Positions 30,870 through 39,282 of a DNA stretch of 64,000 nt are shown here, one piece after another. The stretch comes from Oscillospiraceae bacterium. Its GTDB lineage: Bacteria; Bacillota; Clostridia; Oscillospirales; Oscillospiraceae. How positions within the stretch are numbered: position 1 is the stretch's first letter; each line of letters opens with the position of its first letter. The stretch covers positions 10,279-74,278 of the forward strand of contig JAFWQQ010000054.1 of assembly GCA_017545165.1 (NCBI GenBank). Reading direction: 5' to 3'. Position numbers and translations under genes: made by a program. The notes beneath the pieces are model-generated. The model was given only the letters and a program-made list of their open reading frames with translations. It ran no database searches and had not been told where the DNA came from.

Positions 30870-31733
30870 ATGGATAACAGAGAGAATACCAAGGGCCGCG
30901 TCCAGCTCATTGCGGCGCGGACGGTGGCATACATCATACTTGTCTTCCTGGCACTGCTGTGTCTGTTCAGCTTTCTGATGCTGATCATCAATGCTACCCG
31001 TGACAACAATCAGCTCCAGGCAGGCTTCACGCTGATCCCCGGCGGCCATTTCAAGGACAATCTGTCGAATGCCTGGACAGACGCTTCCATCGACATTCCC
31101 CGAGGCATGCTGAACTCGTTTCTTGTTGCCACCTGCAGCTCCCTGCTCACCGCCTATTTCTCGGCGCTGACGGCCTACGGCATCCATGTCTATCGGTTCA
31201 AGATGAAGCGCTTCGCTTTCTACTTCATCATGGCCGTGATGATGATCCCGCCCCAGGTTTCCGCGGTGGGCTTCATCCAGCTGGCATACAAGTTCCACCT
31301 GACGGACAGCTATCTTCCCCTGATCCTGCCCAGCGTCGCGGCGCCCGTGGTGTTCTTCTACATGAAGCAATACCTGGAGAGCGTGCTGCCCATGGAGATG
31401 GTGGAGGCCGCGCGGATGGACGGCTCCGGCGAGTTTCATACGTTCAACACCATTGTGCTGCCCATCATGAAGCCCGCCATCGCCGTGCAGATGATCTTCT
31501 CCTTCGTGGGCTCCTGGAACAACTACTTCATTCCGGCCCTGCTGCTGAACAAGAAGGAAATGAAGACGGTGCCCATCATGATCGCCCAGCTGCGCGCGGC
31601 AGACTATTCCAAGTTCGATATGGGCAAGGTTTATATGTTTGTCCTGCTGGCCATTCTGCCGGTATTGCTGGTTTACATCTTCCTGTCCAGAAGCATCATC
31701 AAGGGCGTCACCGCCGGCTCCGTCAAGGGCTGA
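30870..31733 (+). CDS. carbohydrate ABC transporter permease (MalG-like)
   Basis: 287 aa. EAARMDGSGEFHTFNTIVLPIMKP EAA loop. AAGGAGG RBS. Confidence 0.85.
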   Translation: MDNRENTKGRVQLIAARTVAYIILVFLALLCLFSFLMLIINATRDNNQLQAGFTLIPGGHFKDNLSNAWTDASIDIPRGMLNSFLVATCSSLLTAYFSALTAYGIHVYRFKMKRFAFYFIMAVMMIPPQVSAVGFIQLAYKFHLTDSYLPLILPSVAAPVVFFYMKQYLESVLPMEMVEAARMDGSGEFHTFNTIVLPIMKPAIAVQMIFSFVGSWNNYFIPALLLNKKEMKTVPIMIAQLRAADYSKFDMGKVYMFVLLAILPVLLVYIFLSRSIIKGVTAGSVKG

Positions 31734-31752
31734 TAAGCGACAGAATCCATAC

Positions 31753-32030
31753 AGCGGCCCTCCCTGTGGAGGGCCGCTTGAGATTGAAGACAAAGCTTTC
31801 GAAAGGCCGAACAGGGATAGAGAAGCCTCGCAGAGTTCGCGCCCGCAGGCGCGAAGAAAGTACAATCTGTCTTTTGCGAGGCGTGTACCTCGCAAAAGAC
31901 ACCGCTCGCCCCGCAAGTGTGCGAGCGTCTCACGCAAGCGAGTGCGCGCAGCGGGGTGCAAGCTCTCTGTCGGCAAAGCCCTATGGGCTTTGCCGACAGC
32001 TTAAAGCGGCCCTCCCTGTGGAGGGCCGCT
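31753..32030. repeat. palindrome cluster bounded by two identical 26-nt hairpins
   Basis: AGCGGCCCTCCCTGTGGAGGGCCGCT lies at 31753-31778 and 32005-32030. Internal palindromes include GTCTTTTGCGAGG...CCTCGCAAAAGAC and CTGTCGGCAAAGCCC...GGGCTTTGCCGACAG. Confidence 0.8.
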
Positions 32031-32048
32031 ATTCTAAAAGAAAGGGAT

Positions 32049-33008
32049 ATGACCATGCTGAAAGAGAGAGGCTTTTACAAGGGCGTGAACCTGGGAGGCT
32101 GGTTCTCCCAGTGCGATTACAGCCCCGAGCGGCTGGATACCTTCATCACCGAGCCGGACTTTGCGCAGATCGCCCGCTGGGGCTTTGACCACGTGCGCAT
32201 CCCCATCGACTACAACGTGATCCAGAACGCGGACGGCTCCATGAAGGAGGAGGGGCTGCGGCGCATCGACGGCGCCCTGGCGCTCTGTGACAAGTACGGC
32301 CTGCACGCGGTGCTGGATCTGCACAAGACCCAGGGCTTTTCCTTCGACAAGGGAGAAAAGGAGGCCGGCTTCTTCGAGAGCGAGGAGTATCAGGAGAAGT
32401 TCTACGCCATCTGGGAGTGCTTCGCCCGCCGCTGGGGCGATCGGGCGGAGCGGGTGATGTTCGAGCTGCTGAACGAGGTGACCTTTCAGGAGTATCTGCC
32501 CGCCTGGAAGCGGATCTCCCGGGAGTGCGTGCGCCGGATCCGGGCATACGCGCCGGAGGTCACAGTACTGCTGGGCAGCTACAACTGGAACAGCGCCAAA
32601 ACCCTGCCGGAGCTTGACGCGCCCTATGACGAGCATGTGATCTACAACTTCCACTTTTATGAGCCCCATTTCTTCACCCACCAGGGGGCCTACTGGATGG
32701 CGGACACCCTGGATCTGAGCCTGCGCTATCCCTACGCCCGGATCGGCGTGGACCAGGCCTGGTTCGAGGACTTCCTGCGCCCGGCCCTGGAGAAGGCGGA
32801 GCAGGAGGGGACAGAGCTCTACTGCGGCGAGTACGGCGTCATCGACGTGGTGCCGCCGGAGGAGGCCGTCAAGTGGTTCCGGGACCTCCACGCGGTCTTC
32901 GAGCGTCACGGCATCGCCCGCAGCGTCTGGAGCTACAAGGAGATGGACTTCGGCCTGCAGGACAAGCGCATGGACGGCGTGCGGGAGGAGCTGCTGGGCC
33001 TGCTGTGA
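32049..33008 (+). CDS. GH5 glycoside hydrolase (cellulase family), cytoplasmic
   Basis: GVNLGGWFSQ, FELLNEV (acid/base Glu) and YCGEYGV (nucleophile Glu). No signal peptide. The start is ATG at 32049 or 32055. Confidence 0.8.
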   Translation: MTMLKERGFYKGVNLGGWFSQCDYSPERLDTFITEPDFAQIARWGFDHVRIPIDYNVIQNADGSMKEEGLRRIDGALALCDKYGLHAVLDLHKTQGFSFDKGEKEAGFFESEEYQEKFYAIWECFARRWGDRAERVMFELLNEVTFQEYLPAWKRISRECVRRIRAYAPEVTVLLGSYNWNSAKTLPELDAPYDEHVIYNFHFYEPHFFTHQGAYWMADTLDLSLRYPYARIGVDQAWFEDFLRPALEKAEQEGTELYCGEYGVIDVVPPEEAVKWFRDLHAVFERHGIARSVWSYKEMDFGLQDKRMDGVREELLGLL

Positions 33009-33059
33009 GGCGTGGATCGGGGGGGCACAAAAAACTTTTGCTTTTCCATAGAAAAGACT

Positions 33060-33088
33060 TGACAAACACGGGAAACGGGTGTATTCTA
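33060..33088 (+). promoter_or_regulatory. sigma-A promoter of tRNA-Val
   Basis: TTGACA, 17 nt spacer, TG-TATTCT, ending 12 nt before the tRNA 5' end. Confidence 0.55.
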
Positions 33089-33100
33089 TCCAAGCTGACG

Positions 33101-33176
33101 GACGATTGGCGCAGCTGGTAGCGCATCCGCTTGACGTGCGGGAGGTCACAAGTTCGAGTCTTGTATCGTCCACCAT
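33101..33176 (+). tRNA. tRNA-Val (anticodon GAC)
   Basis: GGACGATTGGCGCAGCTGGTAGCGCATCCGCTTGACGTGCGGGAGGTCACAAGTTCGAGTCTTGTATCGTCCACCA folds as a cloverleaf with encoded CCA. Confidence 0.9.
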
Positions 33177-33179
33177 AGG

Positions 33180-33209
33180 AACTGCACTGAAAAGTGCAGT
33201 TCTTTTTTG
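33180..33209 (+). terminator. rho-independent terminator after tRNA-Val
   Basis: GAACTGCAC-tgaaaa-GTGCAGTTC followed by TTTTTT. Confidence 0.75.
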
Positions 33210-33303
33210 CTTTCAAACAAATTCGACGTAATTTCAGCTGGAAAAGTGACGGCTCCATGCCTGCGATTTTCGTTTGGCCACTTTTTTGACCCTTTATGGG
33301 TTA

Positions 33304-34482
33304 TCACAGCTTGAGTACATTGGATATAAATACTTCCATTCTGTTCGAGCTGGCTTGGCGCATATCATCCGTATAGTGCCCATAAAAGTCCAGCGTAAAC
33401 GCTGCCGTGGCATGGCCGAGATTCTCCTGCACGGTCTTGATGTCGTCCCCCGCGCGTATCGAATTGACAGCATAGGTGTGGCGCAAGTCATGGATCCGTG
33501 CGTCCGGAAGACCGATCTGATTGACGATGCGCTTAAAGCTGTCATAGACAGCGCGGTAGGAAACATAGCGCCCCAATTCCGTTGTAAACACCAATCCGCT
33601 TTCATACCAGGCCGGCCCAGCCGCTTGCTTTTGCCGCTCCTGGACATGTTTCTGTTCTTTCAGCAGATTCATCACAAACGGCGCAGGGGTCAGCGTACGG
33701 CTTTTCCCATTTTTAGGCGGGGTGAACTGATATGTGCCGCCTTTCCGCTGGCTTTTGTTCAGCTGCTTGTTGATGAGCACGGTTCCCTTTGCAAAATCTA
33801 CGCAGTTCCGCATCAGACCCAGCAATTCGCACTCCCGCATTCCGGTAAACAGATAGACCATGAACAGAAGGCGATATTGGCTGTTTTGAATAGCGGCCAA
33901 GAAATGGCTTGTCTGCTCATCGGACAACGGATGGATTTCCTTTTTTATCGCTCTCGGCAAAACACAGGCCTCTGTTGGATTGTGTCGGATATATCCGAGA
34001 AGCACCGCCTGTTTCAGGGCCTCATGCAAAATGCCGTGCACATTCTTGATGGTCTTCGCTGAAAGCTTTTTCCTGCCATTCTGCTCTTTGCCCAGCGAAT
34101 TGTACAAGTGCTGTATCGTATGGCTGTCCAACTGATCCAATCTGGTTGCGCCAAGGGCAGGGCGAAGATAGAGGTCAATCCGACGTTGATAAAGATACGC
34201 TGTGGAGTCCTTGACGCCATTCAGATAGTCTTCAAGCCAGATATTGAACCATTCATTCAGTTTCATCTTACACGGTTCAACGTAGCTGCCGTCATCGATT
34301 TGAGTCGTGATCACGGATAGTTTCTGGCGCACTTCCTTTTGCGTCGCTCCATAGACTGACTTTTGGATCTGCTTTCCGGTCTTAGGATCAAAACCGATAC
34401 TGTAGCGGCCCTCCCAACGGCCATCGGAGCGTTTGCGGATGGTTCCGCCGCCTTTTGCATTTTTGGTAGATTTCTTGGACAA
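33304..34482 (-). CDS. tyrosine-type site-specific integrase
   Basis: 392 aa. N-terminal SAM-like/arm-binding region (RKRSDGRWEGRY), and C-terminal HDLRHTYA...LGHATAAFTLDFYGH catalytic motifs. Confidence 0.9.
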   Translation of the reverse strand: MSKKSTKNAKGGGTIRKRSDGRWEGRYSIGFDPKTGKQIQKSVYGATQKEVRQKLSVITTQIDDGSYVEPCKMKLNEWFNIWLEDYLNGVKDSTAYLYQRRIDLYLRPALGATRLDQLDSHTIQHLYNSLGKEQNGRKKLSAKTIKNVHGILHEALKQAVLLGYIRHNPTEACVLPRAIKKEIHPLSDEQTSHFLAAIQNSQYRLLFMVYLFTGMRECELLGLMRNCVDFAKGTVLINKQLNKSQRKGGTYQFTPPKNGKSRTLTPAPFVMNLLKEQKHVQERQKQAAGPAWYESGLVFTTELGRYVSYRAVYDSFKRIVNQIGLPDARIHDLRHTYAVNSIRAGDDIKTVQENLGHATAAFTLDFYGHYTDDMRQASSNRMEVFISNVLKL

Positions 34483-34636
34483 ATGTTCCTCGCTTTCTAC
34501 AGTTTGAACCCGTACTTGTCAGTTCGGTTCAATTAATATTATACCATACGGGCTCTATTTTCGCTTCACGGTACTGTTAATTTTTCAGGATCTCCGCCGG
34601 ATTCGCTCCGGCGGAGACCGTTTTATCAGGGACTTA

Positions 34637-34831
34637 TCACTTTGTGCTGTCGTTGATCCACTGAATGAATTTGTCCCTAGGCACCAGCAGACGCTTGCCG
34701 ATGTGCAGCGTCGGGAAGTCCTCCTGATGGAGCAGGGCATAGGCGTTCGTGCGGGAGATCCCCAGCACGGCAGCCACATCCTCAGCACAGAGCGTCAGCG
34801 GGAGCTCTTCATAGCTGTTCATCTGTTTCAT
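34637..34831 (-). CDS. excisionase-family helix-turn-helix DNA-binding protein
   Basis: 64 aa. LTLCAEDVAAVLGISRTNAYALLHQEDFPTLHIGKRLLVPRDKFIQWI matches the MerR/Xis-type HTH_17 pattern. Overlaps the upstream recombinase stop by 4 nt. Confidence 0.8.
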   Translation of the reverse strand: MKQMNSYEELPLTLCAEDVAAVLGISRTNAYALLHQEDFPTLHIGKRLLVPRDKFIQWINDSTK

Positions 34832-35739
34832 TTGTCAGCCTCCTTCCAGACAGATGCCAGATAGATGTTCGTCACATCCGCACGCTCATGGCCAAGCAGC
34901 CGCGAAACAGTAAAGTGGGCGTCCAGCGCGCTCATGCCATTTTCGGTCAGCTGCCGGTATTTCTCCGCGGCATAGGTATGGCGAAGGCCGTGAAAGGTCA
35001 GCGGTCGGCTGTCGCAGGGATCCTGGATCTCCGTGCGATGCTTGAGAAGGAAAAGCTGCAGGCGGTTGATGGCCCGATCCGTCATTATATCGTCCGGAAC
35101 CAGCAGCTTATGCCCGCGCGACGTCCGGGCAAGCTGCTCCCGGAGCGCGATGGCAATGGGCTCGTTGATCGGAACCGTGCGGATCTTTCCGCCTTTCCCC
35201 TTGATCGTGATGGCCTTTTCCCGAAGAGCCTGTTCCGCAGTCGCCGTGTCGATCCGGAAGCATTCATGGATGCGCAATCCGGCATAACGGGCAAGGTACA
35301 TGGCAAGGATGTAGTCATAGTGCTGATCTTCCAGCGCAAAGCCAAGCATCCGGTTAAACTCGGTAACGCTCCAGGTCCTGTCCTCCTGGCCGAAGATCCG
35401 GCGCTGTAGTTCAACACCGAGTTCGCTGTTGTCCGGAAGCCGATATTTCGGGTTCGACATCTTGTCATGGAAAAAGCGAATGGCGGATAGGTCTGTTTTG
35501 ACGGTACTGGCAGACTTGTGCTGCTCCTGCAGATACTCCACATAGCTCACCAGGTGCTTGCCGCTGATATTCTCCAGCTTTTGCAGCCGATATTCCTCTG
35601 CAAGATAGCAGCAGAAACGTTTGACCGCTTCGTAATAGCGGTCCTTTGTCCGGAAGCTGCCTTGCCTGTTGTGCCTTGCCAGCTTATCCAGCTGAGCGAC
35701 AAGAGAGCGATAAATGCCCTCGTTATTTGTTTGCTTCAA
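34828..35739 (-). CDS. tyrosine recombinase (phage integrase family, XerC/D-like size)
   Basis: 303 aa. ...GLRIHECFRI..., HGLRHTYAAEKY and LLGHERADVTNIYL catalytic residues. Confidence 0.85.
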   Translation of the reverse strand: MKQTNNEGIYRSLVAQLDKLARHNRQGSFRTKDRYYEAVKRFCCYLAEEYRLQKLENISGKHLVSYVEYLQEQHKSASTVKTDLSAIRFFHDKMSNPKYRLPDNSELGVELQRRIFGQEDRTWSVTEFNRMLGFALEDQHYDYILAMYLARYAGLRIHECFRIDTATAEQALREKAITIKGKGGKIRTVPINEPIAIALREQLARTSRGHKLLVPDDIMTDRAINRLQLFLLKHRTEIQDPCDSRPLTFHGLRHTYAAEKYRQLTENGMSALDAHFTVSRLLGHERADVTNIYLASVWKEADK

Positions 35740-36689
35740 ATTGTATCCTCCTGAAGAATCATGATGCGTTCAGACATAGTTCACCCCTTGGCAGCCGGGC
35801 CCGTTTCCGCCCGATTTCTCCGAAATGAGAGGCACGTATTGCCGGAAAGCCTTGTGACCGGCGGCGTTTATGACTGCGCCCTTATGCCTGTCTCTTTTTC
35901 AATTGTGTCATGGTCAGTACGATGCAGTATGGAGAAAGCTCTCTGCCCAAAGGGCAACTGCGGACACCGCCGCTGAACTCGGCTGCGGCATCTCGCCGCA
36001 TGTGTCCTTTCGATCCGCCCGACTGCGGATCGGCGTGATGTTGCGATCCCTGCGCTGCCGGGACCATGCTGTTACATGGTGCGCAGGTCGGGAGTCTTGC
36101 CGCTCCCTTGACGGTTCTCGTACCGCCCAAACGGATCAGAGTGGATCAAATCAATTTACCCGCATCGCAAGTACCGCCGCTTGGCCGATGAACCGCAAAG
36201 CAAAAACATGTGCGGCTACACTGCGAAGAGGATCAGATTCTGATTCTGCCATACCGGGCGGCAAGAACCCGGATAAGAAGAAAAGGACACAGGCTGGATC
36301 GCGCATTTTTTCGCGCAGATCTCGCTTGTGTCCTTTTGACTTCCTGGCCTTATTCAGTTTTCCACAGAACTGTGGGCGTTGAGGCGACTGGCAGTTCTCA
36401 TCGCTGCCTAAACAATCGATTCTTCAGAAAAGGATTGAAGGGTTGTTCAAAGAGCAGGGGCACCTGATGTGCCAGCGTTCTGCATGAGAGTGGAAGAGTG
36501 GGGGCTTTGCAGCCGCGATAAACTATGAGGAAGAATCTGATCCTCATCAGAGACTATGCAATCGGGAAACTGTGACTGTTCAATAGCAGTCTGGATACCG
36601 TTGAGGCAACTATAGCATATGTCGATGAGCACGTCAAATTTCAGCGCTCGGCGGAGGGACAGGGAAGCCTTGGCATATCAAACATGCAG

Positions 36690-36786
36690 AATGCGCATTT
36701 CAGCCGGAATACGTATTCTGCTCAAAATGCGTATTTCTCACGGATAAAAGTACTCGGAATACGTATTTTCCCGCAAAATGCGTATT
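36690..36786. promoter_or_regulatory. array of five 10-bp dyads AAT(G/A)CG(C/T)ATT (operator- or iteron-like)
   Basis: Copies at 36690, 36708, 36726, 36758 and 36777 (spacings 18, 18, 32, 19). GAATACGTATTC is a perfect 12-bp palindrome. Confidence 0.6.
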
Positions 36787-36867
36787 CCGAGCAAATAATT
36801 ACCTTTTGACAACTATCTGCTAATTTCTGAGCGGAATTGAGAACCGGCAGAGGATAGAATAAAACCT

Positions 36868-36896
36868 TTGACGATACCGTGCGAAACCTATATAAT
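36868..36896 (+). promoter_or_regulatory. strong sigma-A promoter of the Bro-N gene
   Basis: TTGACG, 17 nt spacer, TATAAT, 30 nt upstream of the ATG at 36926. Confidence 0.6.
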
Positions 36897-36925
36897 TACA
36901 GCAGAACTATTGAGAGGTAAAGGTT

Positions 36926-37810
36926 ATGAGCAACGACAAACTGCAGAGGTTTGAAGATCAGCCTATCCGCACAGTTTGGGATGAAGAGACCGAGGAATGG
37001 TATTTCTCTGTTGTAGATGTGGTGAGCGTTTTAACTGATCAGGCCACAGCACGAAATGCAAGTACATACTGGGCAGTATTGAAAAAGAGGCTTAAAGAGG
37101 AAGGCGCCAACCAGTTGCTTACAAACTGTAAGCAACTGAAATTAAAATCGCATAAAGATGGCAAGCGCTATCTGACCGACGTTGCCACAACAGAACAGCT
37201 CCTTCGCATTATTCAGTCGATCCCTTCGCCCAAGGCCGAGCCTTTCAAGCTGTGGCTGGCGCAGGTAGGTACAGAACGGATTGAGGAGACCATTGACCCG
37301 GAGCAGGCGATCGACCGTGCGCTGGAAACCTATCTCAAAAAAGGTTATAGCCCGGACTGGGTGCATCAGCGGCTGCTGTCCATCCGTGTGCGAAAGGAAC
37401 TGACCGACGAATGGCAAACTCACGGTGTGGAACAGGGACGGGAATATGCGATTCTGACCGACGAGATCACGCGAGCATGGTCGGGTATGAATACCCGGCA
37501 GTACAAGCGTTTGAAAGGGCTGAAAAAAGAAAACCTCCGCGATAATATGAGCACCCTGGAACTGACGCTCAATATGCTGGCGGAAGCTACAACGACGGAG
37601 CTGACAAAAACGCGGAATCCTCAGGGACTGGCCGAGAACCAGGATGTCGCCAGGCGCGGCGGCCGCGTGGCCGGGGATGCTCGGAAGGCCATCGAAAAGG
37701 AGTCTGGCCGCCCCGTTATCACCTCTGAAAACGCAGCTCAGCTCAATACCGTTGTGACTGCGATGATCGAAGATGTGGCAGAGGCTACAGAAAAAGACAG
37801 CAAAGAATGA
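36926..37810 (+). CDS. Bro-N domain protein (DinD / prophage antirepressor-like)
   Basis: 294 aa. N-terminal FEDQPIRTVWDEETEEWYFSVVDVVSVLT is the Bro-N motif. The remainder resembles DNA-damage-inducible protein D family members. Confidence 0.7.
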   Translation: MSNDKLQRFEDQPIRTVWDEETEEWYFSVVDVVSVLTDQATARNASTYWAVLKKRLKEEGANQLLTNCKQLKLKSHKDGKRYLTDVATTEQLLRIIQSIPSPKAEPFKLWLAQVGTERIEETIDPEQAIDRALETYLKKGYSPDWVHQRLLSIRVRKELTDEWQTHGVEQGREYAILTDEITRAWSGMNTRQYKRLKGLKKENLRDNMSTLELTLNMLAEATTTELTKTRNPQGLAENQDVARRGGRVAGDARKAIEKESGRPVITSENAAQLNTVVTAMIEDVAEATEKDSKE

Positions 37811-37819
37811 TTAGGCTTA

Positions 37820-38098
37820 ATGAGCGATTCTTATGCCGGATTAGGTTTTCCAAAAGTGAGCGCTTTTGACCTTAGTTCTTCCATTGTGGCCAGTGACTTC
37901 TCGGCAAATTGGAGTGTCGAAATCAAAGGGAATACTGTAAAGATTTGGAGCCGAGACATACTCCATACATATGCAGAAACAACGGATTCCCTCTGTGTTA
38001 TTCCAATGCAGAAAGGAGCTTTCAACATAAAGGTTTCAATGATGTGCGAAGAATTTATTACGCCAGAAGAAAGTGAATTGGAGATCGATGTAAAATGA
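37820..38098 (+). CDS. hypothetical protein (92 aa), AT-rich cassette gene 1
   Basis: ORF 9 nt after the Bro-N stop. No recognisable motif. Its stop overlaps the next start (ATGA). Confidence 0.5.
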   Translation: MSDSYAGLGFPKVSAFDLSSSIVASDFSANWSVEIKGNTVKIWSRDILHTYAETTDSLCVIPMQKGAFNIKVSMMCEEFITPEESELEIDVK

Positions 38099-38610
38099 AT
38101 GAACGGGATTTTTTCGCTTATATTGATCATTTCAATATGCACTATAAGCTTTTATTACGCAGATATAAACGGTATACGGAGATTGATGATATCCACAACC
38201 TGGATATAGACGTCATTACGTATTTGGACATAATAATAGTTCAACTTCGAGCGATGTGTATTGAGAGTCCGAAATTGAAGAAAAATTATACTGCGCAAAA
38301 TTTACTGCGGCTTATGAAAAGGGATGATTTGGCACAGAAGATTGATGACATGCTCGCAGAACAATTCTTTTCATACAGAGATAATTGTGACATTAGGGAA
38401 GCCCTTAAAATAATGGCAGACAAATATATTTGCCATTATGACGCTATTGAAGATGACGGAATTGCTTGGGCGGAGATAATTGAGAAGCAATTAAGAAGCC
38501 CTTATGATGAGCATAACCTTGCTTACATCATGAAAACCGTCATTGACTGTATAGGTAAAGGATTATCAATAGAGTCATTTATGAATGTTGTCGAAGTAGT
38601 AGAGGAATAA
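38095..38610 (+). CDS. hypothetical all-alpha protein (171 aa), AT-rich cassette gene 2; contains an R-x5-H motif (RSPYDEH)
   Basis: Translationally coupled to the 92-aa ORF. Helix-prone and charged. The HEPN-like motif is only suggestive. Confidence 0.5.
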   Translation: MNERDFFAYIDHFNMHYKLLLRRYKRYTEIDDIHNLDIDVITYLDIIIVQLRAMCIESPKLKKNYTAQNLLRLMKRDDLAQKIDDMLAEQFFSYRDNCDIREALKIMADKYICHYDAIEDDGIAWAEIIEKQLRSPYDEHNLAYIMKTVIDCIGKGLSIESFMNVVEVVEE

Positions 38611-38751
38611 CGATTGCTTGAAGCCGAATAATGAGAAGGCAATTCTGAGAACAGGTTTAGAAGCCAACCTTAGTGCGCGGATAGACATGATAAAAGCTGC
38701 ATTTTATGATTGACCCTTGATTTATTATTCCTTTAAGAAAGAAGGAAAACC

Positions 38752-38916
38752 GTGGGAGCGCAAAAAGCAAATTGCAAAATCTTTACTCCACCGGATGCTG
38801 TTATTAGTATGATGGACATCCTTGGATATAAAGAAAACCTATATGGTCGTAAGATATTAGAGAATTCATGGCACAAATCCAGCCGCAAAGGTTGTCTGAT
38901 ATCTATTAGGTTTTAG
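38752..38916 (+). pseudogene. remnant of an N6-adenine DNA methyltransferase N-terminus
   Basis: The translation ...KIFTPPDAVISMMDILGYKENLYGRKILENS resembles the start of Eco57I/TaqI-like MTases. It breaks off where the SAM motif (ILEPSCGxG) should follow. Confidence 0.45.
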
Positions 38917-38985
38917 AATTATATGTGTTTTCTTCTCGATTCATGGTTTATGTGCCCTCATCGGTGGCATACTAGCCGAGAGGTG

Positions 38986-39168
38986 ATGATCATGAGGTAT
39001 GTCCCAAACGCGTCCGAGGATTTCCTGGCGGAGCTGGATCGGCACGAACCGGCCAGAAACAGGTTTTATGCGCTGAGCCAGCAGGAACAGCAGCGAATCA
39101 TCGAGCAGGCACGCTCCGTCAAGGATGTTTATGAAATGCGCGCTCTCGTAAACAGTATCCGGGCTTGA
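38986..39168 (+). CDS. small hypothetical protein (60 aa)
   Basis: GAGAGGTG RBS, and a terminator directly downstream. Confidence 0.4.
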   Translation: MIMRYVPNASEDFLAELDRHEPARNRFYALSQQEQQRIIEQARSVKDVYEMRALVNSIRA

Positions 39169-39178
39169 CCCTACAGTC

Positions 39179-39208
39179 CAGAGCGGTCGTTGACCGCTCT
39201 GTTTTTTT
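39179..39208 (+). terminator. rho-independent terminator
   Basis: AGAGCGGTC-gttg-ACCGCTCT followed by GTTTTTTT. Confidence 0.7.
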
Positions 39209-39282
39209 GCCCTTTTTGAAACAGCGATAGTGCGAGTATTGCTTGAAAGACCGGGAAAGATAGGACTGAGGTGATCAAAACA

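Noticed and set aside
26842-33176. Minus-strand ORFs 26842-27954, 27681-29282, 29495-31009, 30813-31976 and 32034-33176
   Set aside because: Each mirrors a well-supported plus-strand gene (LacI, SBP, the two permeases, GH5). None has a recognisable domain.
33274-34062. 262-aa plus-strand ORF
   Set aside because: It is antisense to the well-supported tyrosine integrase gene.
35870-36632. 170-aa ORF 35870-36382 (+) and 61-aa ORF 36447-36632 (-) as candidate repressors for the dyad array
   Set aside because: Neither has a helix-turn-helix or other DNA-binding motif. The composition is Cys/Arg/Ser-rich and there is no convincing RBS. The region is kept as non-coding or unknown.
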